DNA of 63,557 bases, filler included. It is 5 parts of 5 records of this genome, joined end to end, with 100 filler letters (N's around TTAATTAATTAA, not from the genome) between each part and the next. Parts side by side here need not be neighbours in the genome. Positions count along the whole stretch, not along the records: positions 33,033 to 57,504 come from DRR723986_8158; 4 more parts are not named here. One strand, 5' to 3'. The translations under genes were made by a program, and so were the position numbers. Numbering within the stretch: the stretch's first letter is position 1; every line of letters begins with the position of its first letter. Positions 41,156-50,575 of this stretch are shown here, one piece after another. The notes under the pieces were generated by a model. That model made no database searches, had not been told where the DNA came from, and worked only from the letters and a program-made list of their open reading frames with translations.

Positions 41156-41204
41156 TCAGTCAGCGCCCACTTGATGCGCACAGCGCCTGCGGGCGGCTGA
41201 CTGA
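41156..41204. terminator. Long stem-loop downstream of the Leu dehydrogenase gene
   Basis: TCAGTCAGC-GCCC...GGGC-GGCTGACTGA inverted repeat; no clear U-tract. Confidence 0.4.
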
Positions 41205-41228
41205 ATTGTTGCTGCAAGCCATTAAGGC

Positions 41229-42323
41229 TTAGCGCGCAATGCTTGGCGCTCCAACGTGATACTTGCCAAGGCGCGCAACTTTGCGGATGCGTTCTTCGGC
41301 AATTTCGTTCGATGCTTGTATCGTCAGAACCCGATCGCGATCGGCACGATCCAGGATGTTCATCATGATATCAAAGATCCCTTCAGCTTGACGCTGAACA
41401 CCTTCCGGGTCATATCCACGCAGCTCGGAGGCGACGTTCATGAGGCCCCCGGCGTTGATGACATAGTCGGGTGCATAGAGGATGTCGCGGTCTGCCAGCT
41501 GCTGAGCATGCTCTGTTTCGCGCGCCAGTTGGTTATTGGCACCACCGGCAACGATTGAACATTTGAGCTGTGGAATTGTCTCGTCATTCAGAATGCCACC
41601 AAGCGCCGCAGGGCTGAAGATGTCACAATCAATGGAATAGACATCTTCCGGCTTCACATACTGCGCACCAGTGCGGCCGCAGAGTTTGCGTGCTTTGTCT
41701 TCGTAGATATCCGTCAGCAGGACATTTGCATTTTCTTTGGCCAGATATTCGGCCAGAAATGAGGCGACATTACCCGCACCCTGAATCATCACGGTTTTGC
41801 CGGTAAGAGAGTCACTACCATAGCGTTTTTTGGCGCATGCTTTCATGCCGTGGTAGGTACCGTACGCTGTGACGGGGGAAGGATCACCGCTACCACCTTG
41901 GCCGTTGACACCGGTCACAAAGCGTGTTTCATTGCGGATCCAATCCATATCGCGGACTGTTGTGCCAACGTCCTCTGCTGTGATGTAGCGACCGCCCATA
42001 CCTTCGACGAAGCGGCCATAGGTACGGAACATTTCTTCTGATTTGTCTTTGTGTGGATCTCCAATCAAAACGGCTTTTCCACCGCCGAGGTTGAGACCTG
42101 CAACTGCAGCTTTGTAGGTCATCCCTTTGGACAGGCGCAATACATCCCGTACTGCGTCCAAATCACTAGCGTATGTCCACATACGCGTACCACCCAGTGC
42201 CGGCCCTAACGTGGTATCATGGATACCAATAATCGCTTTTAAGCCCACAGCTTTATCGGAACAAAACACAAGTTGCTCGTGTTCAGTCGATTCGATAAGC
42301 TCGTATATCTCCATTAATTTCAT
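41229..42323 (-). CDS. Glu/Leu/Phe/Val dehydrogenase (leucine dehydrogenase-like)
   Basis: GPALGGTRM, GMTYKAA, GGGKAV, YITAEDVG, GDPSPVTAYG, GGANNQL, PDYVINAGG. Confidence 0.93.
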   Translation of the reverse strand: MKLMEIYELIESTEHEQLVFCSDKAVGLKAIIGIHDTTLGPALGGTRMWTYASDLDAVRDVLRLSKGMTYKAAVAGLNLGGGKAVLIGDPHKDKSEEMFRTYGRFVEGMGGRYITAEDVGTTVRDMDWIRNETRFVTGVNGQGGSGDPSPVTAYGTYHGMKACAKKRYGSDSLTGKTVMIQGAGNVASFLAEYLAKENANVLLTDIYEDKARKLCGRTGAQYVKPEDVYSIDCDIFSPAALGGILNDETIPQLKCSIVAGGANNQLARETEHAQQLADRDILYAPDYVINAGGLMNVASELRGYDPEGVQRQAEGIFDIMMNILDRADRDRVLTIQASNEIAEERIRKVARLGKYHVGAPSIAR

Positions 42324-42605
42324 CCCGTTTTTCCGTGGTACAAACGCCGATTATCCCGTCCTAAACCTGGTCGCTTCAATTGCCAAAGCTCGACTGGAAC
42401 ACGCTCAAGCCTGCAATCAACAGGCGCGCGAACAGTCCACGTGCACTTGTAGCATGCCAAGTACAGACTAGCCAATATAAGACTTTTTCATACAACAAAT
42501 TGCAGATTTCAAGCGTCTGCAAAGCCTTCCCGGCCTTCTTTGCGGAGATAAACTGCCCACACAGACAAAAAAGCCTGCGTGCCCTAATTCGTCACAGAAT
42601 CCAAC

Positions 42606-43112
42606 ATGAAAAATACTTCGCGAATTTGCGCTCTTTTGGCGCTTTTGATGGTTCAGTTACAGGCAGTCAATGCCGCAGATCATGTCGAGCTAATTGATAT
42701 CGACACCTTTCTGCCAATGCTGCAGCCCGAAAATGATACGCTCTACGTGGTCAATTTTTGGGCCACCTGGTGCGGCCCCTGTGTGAAGGAGTTGCCGCAT
42801 TTTGAAAAAATCAACAAACAGTACGCGGACCGCAAAGTCAAAGTCTTGCTTGTAAGTCTTGATTTTGCTGATGAGCTGCAACAACGCGTTCAGCCCTTCG
42901 TTGACAAACGCAAGCTCAACTCCGACGTCATGCTTCTCGATCCCGGCCGCGGTGGCGAATGGATAGATATGGTAGACAAACGCTGGTCCGGTGCGATTCC
43001 GGCTACGTTGTTTATCAATACAGCATCCAAGCTGCGCGACTTCCATGAGAAGAGCTTTACCTACGAAGAACTTCTAGATCTTGTCAAAACTTATACTGGA
43101 GAACAACAATGA
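42606..43112 (+). CDS. TlpA-family thiol-disulfide oxidoreductase
   Basis: Signal peptide, NFWATWCGPCVKELP, WSGAIPAT. Confidence 0.9.
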   Translation: MKNTSRICALLALLMVQLQAVNAADHVELIDIDTFLPMLQPENDTLYVVNFWATWCGPCVKELPHFEKINKQYADRKVKVLLVSLDFADELQQRVQPFVDKRKLNSDVMLLDPGRGGEWIDMVDKRWSGAIPATLFINTASKLRDFHEKSFTYEELLDLVKTYTGEQQ

Positions 43113-43711
43113 TGCGATTGTTGACCGCCGGCGCGCTCATGTTTATGAGCTGCGTCTTCGTCATGCAGGCCGGCTACAAAGTCGGTGATAGCGCTGAGGA
43201 CTTTAATCTCAAAAACGTCGATGGTTCCATGATGTCTCTGTCCGATTGGGACGAAGCCAAAGGATTCATCGTCATCTTTTCCTGCAATCACTGCCCCTGG
43301 GTCATCAAGTATGAAGACCGCATGATTGAACTGCACGAGCAGTTTGCAGATATGGGTTATCCGGTTGTGGCAATCAATTCCAACGACCCGGAGCGCTCAC
43401 CCGGTGACTCCTTCGACGATATGGTCACACGTGCGGAAGACAAAAAATTTCCGTTCCCATACCTGTTTGATGCTACACAGCAGGTGGCTAAAGACTTTGG
43501 CGCAACCCGCACGCCACATGTTTACCTGCTCAAGCGTGAAAACGGCAATCTTAAGGTGGCATACATCGGCGCGATTGACGACAGCCCTAAAACAGCTGCT
43601 GACGTCGAAGACAAATACGTTGCAATGGCAATTTCCGCCATTGAGAACAACACGCAGCCAGACCCTGAGTTTACCAAAGCGATTGGTTGCACGATTAAAT
43701 GGCGTGAATGA
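43109..43711 (+). CDS. Thioredoxin-family (PRX-like) protein
   Basis: CNHCPWV, AINSND, FPYLFD.TQ.VA..FGA.RTP, Y.GAIDD, GCTIKW. Confidence 0.9.
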   Translation: MMRLLTAGALMFMSCVFVMQAGYKVGDSAEDFNLKNVDGSMMSLSDWDEAKGFIVIFSCNHCPWVIKYEDRMIELHEQFADMGYPVVAINSNDPERSPGDSFDDMVTRAEDKKFPFPYLFDATQQVAKDFGATRTPHVYLLKRENGNLKVAYIGAIDDSPKTAADVEDKYVAMAISAIENNTQPDPEFTKAIGCTIKWRE

Positions 43712-43784
43712 TTTTCCGGCATTCGGCTTGCCGTTTTTAAACTGAACGGCAAACAAATGATCGGAAATCAGCAAATGTAGCTAC

Positions 43785-43824
43785 ACAAGACCGCTCTGAT
43801 ACAATTCGGGCGGTCTTGTTTTTT
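43785..43824 (+). terminator. Intrinsic terminator
   Basis: ACAAGACCGC...GCGGTCTTGT stem followed by a T-run. Confidence 0.75.
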
Positions 43825-43945
43825 AGTCTCAGAATTTCGCAAACTGAACTGCGCGATTTGAAGGGATGAACCTAAAAAGCATATATTTGTATATACGTGC
43901 GCTGCATTTAGGCAACGTATTGATTCCTTAAGAAAGACAAATACT

Positions 43946-44272
43946 ATGGCAAAGAACTCTCCCGCTTCCAGAAAGCGTAAAACACGCCGCCCAGCGGCCG
44001 GCCGTTCAGGCGCTGCTAAAAAAGGCTGGCAGGTTGCGATTCCTTTTGATCGTAAGAACCTGATGATTTTCGGTGGTGCACTCCTTACGATCATCGTTGG
44101 ATTTGCATTAATGGCTACCGGCATGACCGAAGAAGTCATGCACGAAGGTATCTGGAACTCGCCAATCGCAATCGGGGTAGCTCCAGTACTACTTGTGATC
44201 GGATATTGCGTCATTGTACCACTCGCAATCATGTACCGCCCTAAACGCGTGGAGGCCGAGATCGCTGAGTAA
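43946..44272 (+). CDS. DUF3098-like small membrane protein
   Basis: F.RKN.MI...L.II.GF.LM, APVLLVIGY...P.AI.Y.P two-TM pattern. Confidence 0.75.
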   Translation: MAKNSPASRKRKTRRPAAGRSGAAKKGWQVAIPFDRKNLMIFGGALLTIIVGFALMATGMTEEVMHEGIWNSPIAIGVAPVLLVIGYCVIVPLAIMYRPKRVEAEIAE

Positions 44273-44302
44273 TTCCAGTGCATCCATCGGTCAGTAAAAT
44301 TG

Positions 44303-44333
44303 AGAGCAATGCCTGCAGGCGTTGCTCTTTTTT
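44303..44333 (+). terminator. Intrinsic terminator
   Basis: AGAGCAATGCC-TGCA-GGCGTTGCTCT followed by TTTTT. Confidence 0.75.
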
Positions 44334-44390
44334 ATTTGTGGCATTTTTTCTACGGCTTGTTTTAAGCGACGATGTAGGAGTAAAACCAGA

Positions 44391-45719
44391 ATGCGTGTAA
44401 TGAAGTTCGGCGGGGCCGTGTTGGGCAATCAGGATGGCTTTGAAGCTATGCTGCGGGTTCTGCGTGCCAGTAAAGGCCCACTGCTCCTGGTTGTCTCCGC
44501 ATTTGGCAGTGCTACAAGTGAGCTCCAGCGTGCCGCGCGCCTGGCCGAGCAGGGCAGGGAAAAAGAAGCGCTGGACCTGGCGGACAGCCTGCTGGACAAG
44601 CACATCCGTTTTACGCATTCGTTGCTCAAGGACAAACGCACGGGCGAAGCTATCAGCATGCTGCTTGAGGACTACGCCCAGCGCCTGCATGAGCTGTTAC
44701 GTGGTGTTGCGATCACAGCCGAACTTACCAACCGCACACTTGATGCAATCCTCAGTTTTGGTGAATACTTTGCTGTACGCATTGTCAAACACTTTCTTGA
44801 TGAAGCCGAACTCAGCATCAGCTTTGCCGATGCCTGTGATATTATCGTAACCGATGAAACACACCTGGCAGCCAGAGTGCTGCGCGAAGATAGTCGCTCG
44901 CGTGTGCAGCAGAAACTGGCGCCGATGTTTCAGCATAGTCAGATCGTAATAACACAGGGTTTTGTGGGGCGCTCATGCACGGGTAATATCACAACGATGG
45001 GAATGGAGAGCTCCAATTTCACCGCAACACTCCTGGCTGAATTGCTGGAAGCTAACGATGTGACTATCTGGACGGACGTGGAAGGTGTGCGCAGCGGCGA
45101 CCCCAAGTTGGTGCCGGATACGCGCGGCGTGCCACGCCTTAGTTATCGCCAGGCCGGCAGCGCAGCACTCAATGGTGTTAAACTGCTGCACTCGCGTATG
45201 ATCCAACCAGTAGAACGCGCCGGTATTCCTCTCATCTTTCGCTCGGCATTTGAGCCACAAGGCGCCTGCACTACGATTGGTCCGCAGGAAGCGCGTGATC
45301 ATGCGCCGATAGTGGCATGTACCGAACCAGTCACCCTGGTGCAGATCAGCCGGCGCCCAGGTGAACAGTCCGCTTTTGACAGCTCCCAGCTGCGTAGCAT
45401 TCTTCCCGTGGGCACAGACCCAATTGCGATCGTCCTGCGCCACGACGCCATTACGGCCGTGGTAAACGGAAACACACGTTTGCTGGAATCTGCGGACATC
45501 AAGGTTGAAGCGACGCGCACGAACTATGCGTATATCAGCCTGGTAAATGTGCGGCCGCAGCGTGCCTTTACGCTGTTCGCGGACCTCGATCAGAGTCTTT
45601 TCCAACTTGAACCGCCAATGATCGAAATTGGCGCGCCGCAGAATATCGCGTCAATGACGGTTCCGCGCAGCATGGTACAAGGCCTGGTGCCGGAACTACA
45701 CAATGCTCTCTGTCTGTGA
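44391..45719 (+). CDS. Aspartate kinase-like protein with degenerate active-site motifs
   Basis: MKFGG, VVSA, SFGE, TQGFVG, WTDVEGV..GDP, LSY..A; AGGAG RBS before ATG 44391. Confidence 0.8.
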   Translation: MRVMKFGGAVLGNQDGFEAMLRVLRASKGPLLLVVSAFGSATSELQRAARLAEQGREKEALDLADSLLDKHIRFTHSLLKDKRTGEAISMLLEDYAQRLHELLRGVAITAELTNRTLDAILSFGEYFAVRIVKHFLDEAELSISFADACDIIVTDETHLAARVLREDSRSRVQQKLAPMFQHSQIVITQGFVGRSCTGNITTMGMESSNFTATLLAELLEANDVTIWTDVEGVRSGDPKLVPDTRGVPRLSYRQAGSAALNGVKLLHSRMIQPVERAGIPLIFRSAFEPQGACTTIGPQEARDHAPIVACTEPVTLVQISRRPGEQSAFDSSQLRSILPVGTDPIAIVLRHDAITAVVNGNTRLLESADIKVEATRTNYAYISLVNVRPQRAFTLFADLDQSLFQLEPPMIEIGAPQNIASMTVPRSMVQGLVPELHNALCL

Positions 45720-45887
45720 TTCCGTCTGGGATTCTGTCTGGAAGATTGCTGCAGACTCCAGCTCAAAATTTCTGTTTCTCTGTCCGCCTGTACCGATTCA
45801 TATGCTTTTTGTTCAAGAAACATTGCAGCTGCTCGTCATGGCGCTGGGAACTCCAGTGCTTCGTTTCTCTTGGAAAGGTAGAAATCT

Positions 45888-46577
45888 ATGTCAGCCAATA
45901 CCCCGCTTGAAGATGACCAGTCCGGACCATTACGCCCGGCAACGCCAAACGGCTGGAAATACATCTACATTTTCCTCGGTGCAATTCTGATTATCGTGGC
46001 AACCTTGACGGTATTATATCGCCAGATGCCGAAGGATACCGGGATCGTCGAACGCCGCAAGGTTCCGGCCACCATGGGGGTATTTACCGCCGTCATCTCG
46101 CCGATAGACTCCGCACAGGCCGGCGCAATAGCCGCTAGGATTGCTGCCGATATTGGCGCCGACTCCAGCATGACACAAATGGTGGTTGGCGGCACACACA
46201 AATACAAATTGTGCACTTCACTCGAAGATTATAAAGACATCTTAAAAAGTGTCATGCTCAATGCGCGCACGGAGGACCTTGATACACAGTCCAAGCTGCT
46301 TGCCCAGGTCGTCAGCCGCCTAATGACAGATCACATTCCCTCGACTTTTTATCTGGTTGGTGACTTTGAACCAGCCGAGTTTTCAACGATCGCCTACCGG
46401 GTCTCAGGCGCCGCCAACGTTATGCACATGCGTGTAGCTATGCAGGATCAATACGGCAGCGTCAAAATGTACGCCTTCCCAGATAAACAGTATGCCGGAT
46501 CCCCCGAGCGTGAAAAAGTGCGCAAACAGGTATTTGATACCTTCCGCGACCAGGGCATCGACGTTGTGGTGCAGTAG
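45888..46577 (+). CDS. Hypothetical single-pass membrane protein
   Basis: 229-aa ORF with one N-terminal TM helix and an alpha/beta-like soluble domain. Confidence 0.65.
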   Translation: MSANTPLEDDQSGPLRPATPNGWKYIYIFLGAILIIVATLTVLYRQMPKDTGIVERRKVPATMGVFTAVISPIDSAQAGAIAARIAADIGADSSMTQMVVGGTHKYKLCTSLEDYKDILKSVMLNARTEDLDTQSKLLAQVVSRLMTDHIPSTFYLVGDFEPAEFSTIAYRVSGAANVMHMRVAMQDQYGSVKMYAFPDKQYAGSPEREKVRKQVFDTFRDQGIDVVVQ

Positions 46578-46834
46578 AGCAAGTGAGGATAGCCATCAGA
46601 TGCAATCCTTTTAATCTTAAGTCTCCCTGCAAGCCATTAAACGGACGGGATTTACGGTGTAACGACTGGTTTTTGAATCGATAAGGTTTACGCTACACCT
46701 GTGAACCATAAGCTCACAGCTTGATTCATCAAGCCACCAATTCCCCCACAACTCACCGACCCACAATCCAGCCCAACAACTGCCACAATCCGCATAAACA
46801 ACGATCAAAATCATTCAGCCCGTATTCTTTGGGC

Positions 46835-48883
46835 TTAATCTTGCAGTGGCATTCCCAGTTGGCACATAATAAAACTCCAGAAGTCTGACTCGTCAGCAAT
46901 GATCTTGTCAATCGGCCGGCCGGCACCATGTCCGGCACCGCTGCTAACGCGCAGAATCGCCGGATTTTCGGTTCCCGAAGCTTGCATTGCTGCTGCAAAC
47001 TTAAAAGAATGTGAGGGCACCACACGATCATCGTGATCCGCAGTCATGATAAGCGTCGCCGGATAATTGGTGCCATTCTTGACATTGTGGAGCGGCGAGT
47101 AAGCTCTCAAATACGCGAATTGGTCTTCGTCATCACTGCTGCCATACTCACTGACCCAGGCCCAGCCAATCGTGAACTTGTGATAACGCAACATGTCAAA
47201 AACGCCAACAGAAGCTACCGCTACTGCAAACAATTCCGGCCGCTGCGTTAGTACAGCCCCAACCAAAAGACCGCCATTAGATCCGCCCATCATAGCCATA
47301 CGGGCTGAGCTGGTGTAGCCGGCAGCAATCAGATGTTCTGCCGCAGCAATAAAATCATTGAACGTGTTTTGCTTTTTTGACATCGTAGCACCGTGGTGCC
47401 ACTCCTGACCAAACTCTCCGCCGCCGCGTGCATTTACAATCACTACAATTCCGCCACGCCGGATAAAACTCTCGCGCAGGTAACCAAACTCGGGCGTCAG
47501 CTTGACGTTAAAACCACCGTAACCGCAAACGAGTGTGGGATTGTCGCCATTCAACTCCAGGCCTTTCCTGTAAGTCACAAACATCGGCACCATCGTCCCG
47601 TCGGCACTTTTGGCACGCAAACGTTGTGTAATCACATTCGGCATCTCTCCAGAGTTCTTTACGACGGTCTTGAGGGTGGCGGACTGTGTATCGTAGTGCA
47701 TAACATGCGTGCCCCTGGTATAGGACATCTGACCAAACAAAATGCCGTTTTTGTTTTGCTCCGCGTTTAGATCAAATATCGTCGATGGACCCGGTAGCGC
47801 GGGCTCATCCTTAAGATTGCCCTGCAGATCAAAAACGATGAGTTTTGAAGCCGCATCGTGAAGATAGAGTGCCGCAAATGCATCTGCAGTCTGCACGATG
47901 AAGCTCAGTACATCCTCACGTTGCGCAATTAACTCGCGCCAGTAACTCTGAGCCGGGTTCTGCAGATCGACACTCACCAGCCGATATCGCGGAGCGTCAA
48001 GGTCTGTATGCAGAATCAGCTGCCCATTGTGCATGCCTACGGGCTCGAATTGCCTCTTCGGCGTTTCGCCTATTGTCACCCAGCCGGCATCGTCCGCAGC
48101 ATTTAGCGGGCGGTAATACAGCTTGTTCCCACCTGATGAACCGTCCATTTCGGATATCAACAAAGTGTTGTCGCCCGGGAAACAAACCGGTCCAAAGATT
48201 GCCTTCGGCTTGGCCGGATTCGTAAACACCAGACGGTCGTTAGCTACAGGGTCACCCAGGCGGTGGTAGTACACTTTCTGGTTGTGCGCCACAGCTGTCA
48301 ATAGTTCGTCTGATTTTGGCGGGTCATAGGCGCAGTAGTAAAAACCGTGATTGTCCCATTCAGGCCGCGCATAACGGCTCCACTGAATCTCATCCGGCAG
48401 ATCTTCGCCAGACTTGACGTCGCGCACGCGGATTGTTAGCCAGTCAGATCCGGCCCGCGAAACACAATAGGCCAGGAAGTTCCCATCAGGTGAGGGCACC
48501 ACAAAACTAAGGCTCAGACTACCGTCTTCTGAGAAGGTATTTGGGTCCAAGACCGTGACTTCCGTTTCACCATCCAGACGGCAAAGCTGCAAATGATTGT
48601 CATTTGGTCCTTTGCGCCAGAAGTAGACCTGCCCAACACTTAAAAATGCCGGGCGGTAGCTTGTGACTTGAAGTTTTTCGGCAAACTCACCACGCAGTTT
48701 CTGCCGCCAGCCGCACTGGTCCAGGAAAGCCTCACAGATTTCAGATTGCGCCGCCAGCCATTTTTTTGACTCGGGACTGCTACTTTCTTCCAGTGGTCTG
48801 TAAGGGTCGTGCACACTAACGCCAAAGTAGTCTTCTACAACCTCGGCTTGCGGTGCTTGCGGGTACTCTAAGTTCATTGACAT
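46835..48883 (-). CDS. Prolyl oligopeptidase (S9A)
   Basis: DPYR.LE, GYGGF, RGGGEFG, GGSNGGLL (Ser), DHDDRV (Asp), GHGAG (His). Confidence 0.94.
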   Translation of the reverse strand: MSMNLEYPQAPQAEVVEDYFGVSVHDPYRPLEESSSPESKKWLAAQSEICEAFLDQCGWRQKLRGEFAEKLQVTSYRPAFLSVGQVYFWRKGPNDNHLQLCRLDGETEVTVLDPNTFSEDGSLSLSFVVPSPDGNFLAYCVSRAGSDWLTIRVRDVKSGEDLPDEIQWSRYARPEWDNHGFYYCAYDPPKSDELLTAVAHNQKVYYHRLGDPVANDRLVFTNPAKPKAIFGPVCFPGDNTLLISEMDGSSGGNKLYYRPLNAADDAGWVTIGETPKRQFEPVGMHNGQLILHTDLDAPRYRLVSVDLQNPAQSYWRELIAQREDVLSFIVQTADAFAALYLHDAASKLIVFDLQGNLKDEPALPGPSTIFDLNAEQNKNGILFGQMSYTRGTHVMHYDTQSATLKTVVKNSGEMPNVITQRLRAKSADGTMVPMFVTYRKGLELNGDNPTLVCGYGGFNVKLTPEFGYLRESFIRRGGIVVIVNARGGGEFGQEWHHGATMSKKQNTFNDFIAAAEHLIAAGYTSSARMAMMGGSNGGLLVGAVLTQRPELFAVAVASVGVFDMLRYHKFTIGWAWVSEYGSSDDEDQFAYLRAYSPLHNVKNGTNYPATLIMTADHDDRVVPSHSFKFAAAMQASGTENPAILRVSSGAGHGAGRPIDKIIADESDFWSFIMCQLGMPLQD

Positions 48884-49000
48884 GCGGATTCACCCATTCC
48901 GGACCGGCGCCGGATGATTAATATGTTCCCGACGCTCTGGCAGAAATCGGACTGGAACTCTTGGCTGCTGTTTTTTTTGACTGCTGGCTGTTGGCTGCTG

Positions 49001-50407
49001 CTATTTTTTGACAATGACGACCTCAGTCCGCCGATTGAGCGAACGACCGAACTCAGTCTCGTTAGTGGCAATTGGTTTGCTTTCCCCATAACCAAACACC
49101 TGGATGCGATTGAGGGGTAAACCTTTACGCAGCAGGTATCGGCGCACGGCGTTAGCACGCTGCTCGGATAAGCGTTGGTTGAGTCCCTCAGACCCACGAC
49201 TGTCGGTATGGCCTTCAACACGTATCACAACGCTTGGCTTGCGTTCCATGTACATGGCGATCGTGTCAAGCGCCGGCACATCACCTCTCAAGTCGGCACT
49301 CCCGGTTCCAAAAAGCAAGTTTTTAATAATCAACTTGCGGCCCACTTCGCCAATCGGAATTGTGCGCAAAGTCAGCTGGCGACGCTCTTTATCCAAAACA
49401 CCAATCTCCAGTGAGTCAGGAATCGCCGGAGTTATCGACTGGTATTTCAGCGCATAGAGGTTTGTAAGCTGATTCGAGAAGTTGTCAAGAATCGTCGCAA
49501 ACGACTGGTTGATATCAAAGGCAGCACCACGGGTTCCATCGGAAATGATGCGGTACTGCTCCAAATTTTTTGGTACGATACAGAAGACGCGCGCGTCCTG
49601 CTCCGCCAGGAATTTTGTAACGCTTGTGGTTGTGAAGCTTGTCACCCCCTGACCAAAATCGCCCTTCTGGTGATACGGTGCATCCGTGATTAAAACGAAT
49701 ACCTTGTTGGCCGAAGGACGGAAGTCCATTCGCGCAGCCGTTCCCAAAGCTTCAAGCGCATTTTCGTTGAAATCGCTGCCACCACTGGCACGCGTAGATG
49801 CCAACCACTCCAGAAATTTGATTACGTCACCACTGGGTGAATATGCGTTGTCGATTACATCCGAAAACAGCACCAGGCCCAGTTGGTAGTCAATTCCCCG
49901 ACGCACCAGCGATGAAGTAAAGTTGATGATGTTATTGCGCACACCATCAATGTATGTCTGCATTGAACCCGTCACGTCGATCACGAATACAAAATCGACC
50001 GGTACACGCTCATTTACAGAGAGTTTTTCAACGGCAAGTACTGGAATCTCCTTGCCATTCTCGATGATGCTGAAGTCAGTATCAATCAGAGTGTCCAGTG
50101 GCTCACCTTCCTGATTGAATGCTTCAACGATGACGTTAACGAAGGGCCACTCAGAGATGTCCACATTGCGGATCGTCAAAACCAGGCCATCGCGCTCGGA
50201 CTGTACGGTGGTAGCTGGCACTGTGTCCGGCTTGGCCACCGTGTCCTGAACCGCAGGGCGTGTGTTTTGCGTTACGACCGAACTGTTGTTTTGCCGCGTA
50301 GTATCACTGGCAAACAAGGAGGTCGCAAATAAAATCAAGCCGGGAACAAGCAACACAAGCCATATGCTGAAGGCTCGTGTTATTCGGGGCTTAAGGTTTC
50401 TTCCCAT
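49001..50407 (-). CDS. Exported vWA-domain plus OmpA-like peptidoglycan-binding protein
   Basis: DFVFVIDVTGSM MIDAS, LITDAP; EGHTDSRG..N..LS..RA..V, GYGES.P, NRRTEV. Confidence 0.88.
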   Translation of the reverse strand: MGRNLKPRITRAFSIWLVLLVPGLILFATSLFASDTTRQNNSSVVTQNTRPAVQDTVAKPDTVPATTVQSERDGLVLTIRNVDISEWPFVNVIVEAFNQEGEPLDTLIDTDFSIIENGKEIPVLAVEKLSVNERVPVDFVFVIDVTGSMQTYIDGVRNNIINFTSSLVRRGIDYQLGLVLFSDVIDNAYSPSGDVIKFLEWLASTRASGGSDFNENALEALGTAARMDFRPSANKVFVLITDAPYHQKGDFGQGVTSFTTTSVTKFLAEQDARVFCIVPKNLEQYRIISDGTRGAAFDINQSFATILDNFSNQLTNLYALKYQSITPAIPDSLEIGVLDKERRQLTLRTIPIGEVGRKLIIKNLLFGTGSADLRGDVPALDTIAMYMERKPSVVIRVEGHTDSRGSEGLNQRLSEQRANAVRRYLLRKGLPLNRIQVFGYGESKPIATNETEFGRSLNRRTEVVIVKK

Positions 50408-50465
50408 TTATACTGCCACACTTGCAGTGGTCCGCTGCCGGCCATGCTTTAAATCTTGGTGAAAT

Positions 50466-50497
50466 AAAAAAGGGTGACGCTCTTTACAGCGTCACCC
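50466..50497 (-). terminator. Intrinsic terminator ending the three-gene operon
   Basis: GGGTGACGCT-loop-AGCGTCACCC perfect 10-bp stem, followed by TTTTTT on the minus strand. Confidence 0.8.
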
Positions 50498-50575
50498 AGG
50501 GAAATAAATATCATCGACGCCGACGCAGCAGGACGTCCATGAAAATTAGCATTTCAAAACGTCCGGGTTGCTTCG

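Noticed and set aside
44322-44390. Longer N-terminus for the aspartokinase-like ORF
   Set aside because: It overlaps the upstream terminator; ATG 44391 has an AGGAG RBS and gives the canonical MxVMKFGG start.
46736-46805. C/A-rich stretch with repeated CCACAA
   Set aside because: Irregular low-complexity intergenic sequence between convergent genes, with no consistent period.
48960-49010. Repeated GGCTGCTG/TTTT motifs
   Set aside because: Short, imperfect and partly overlapping a stop codon region; no supportable function.
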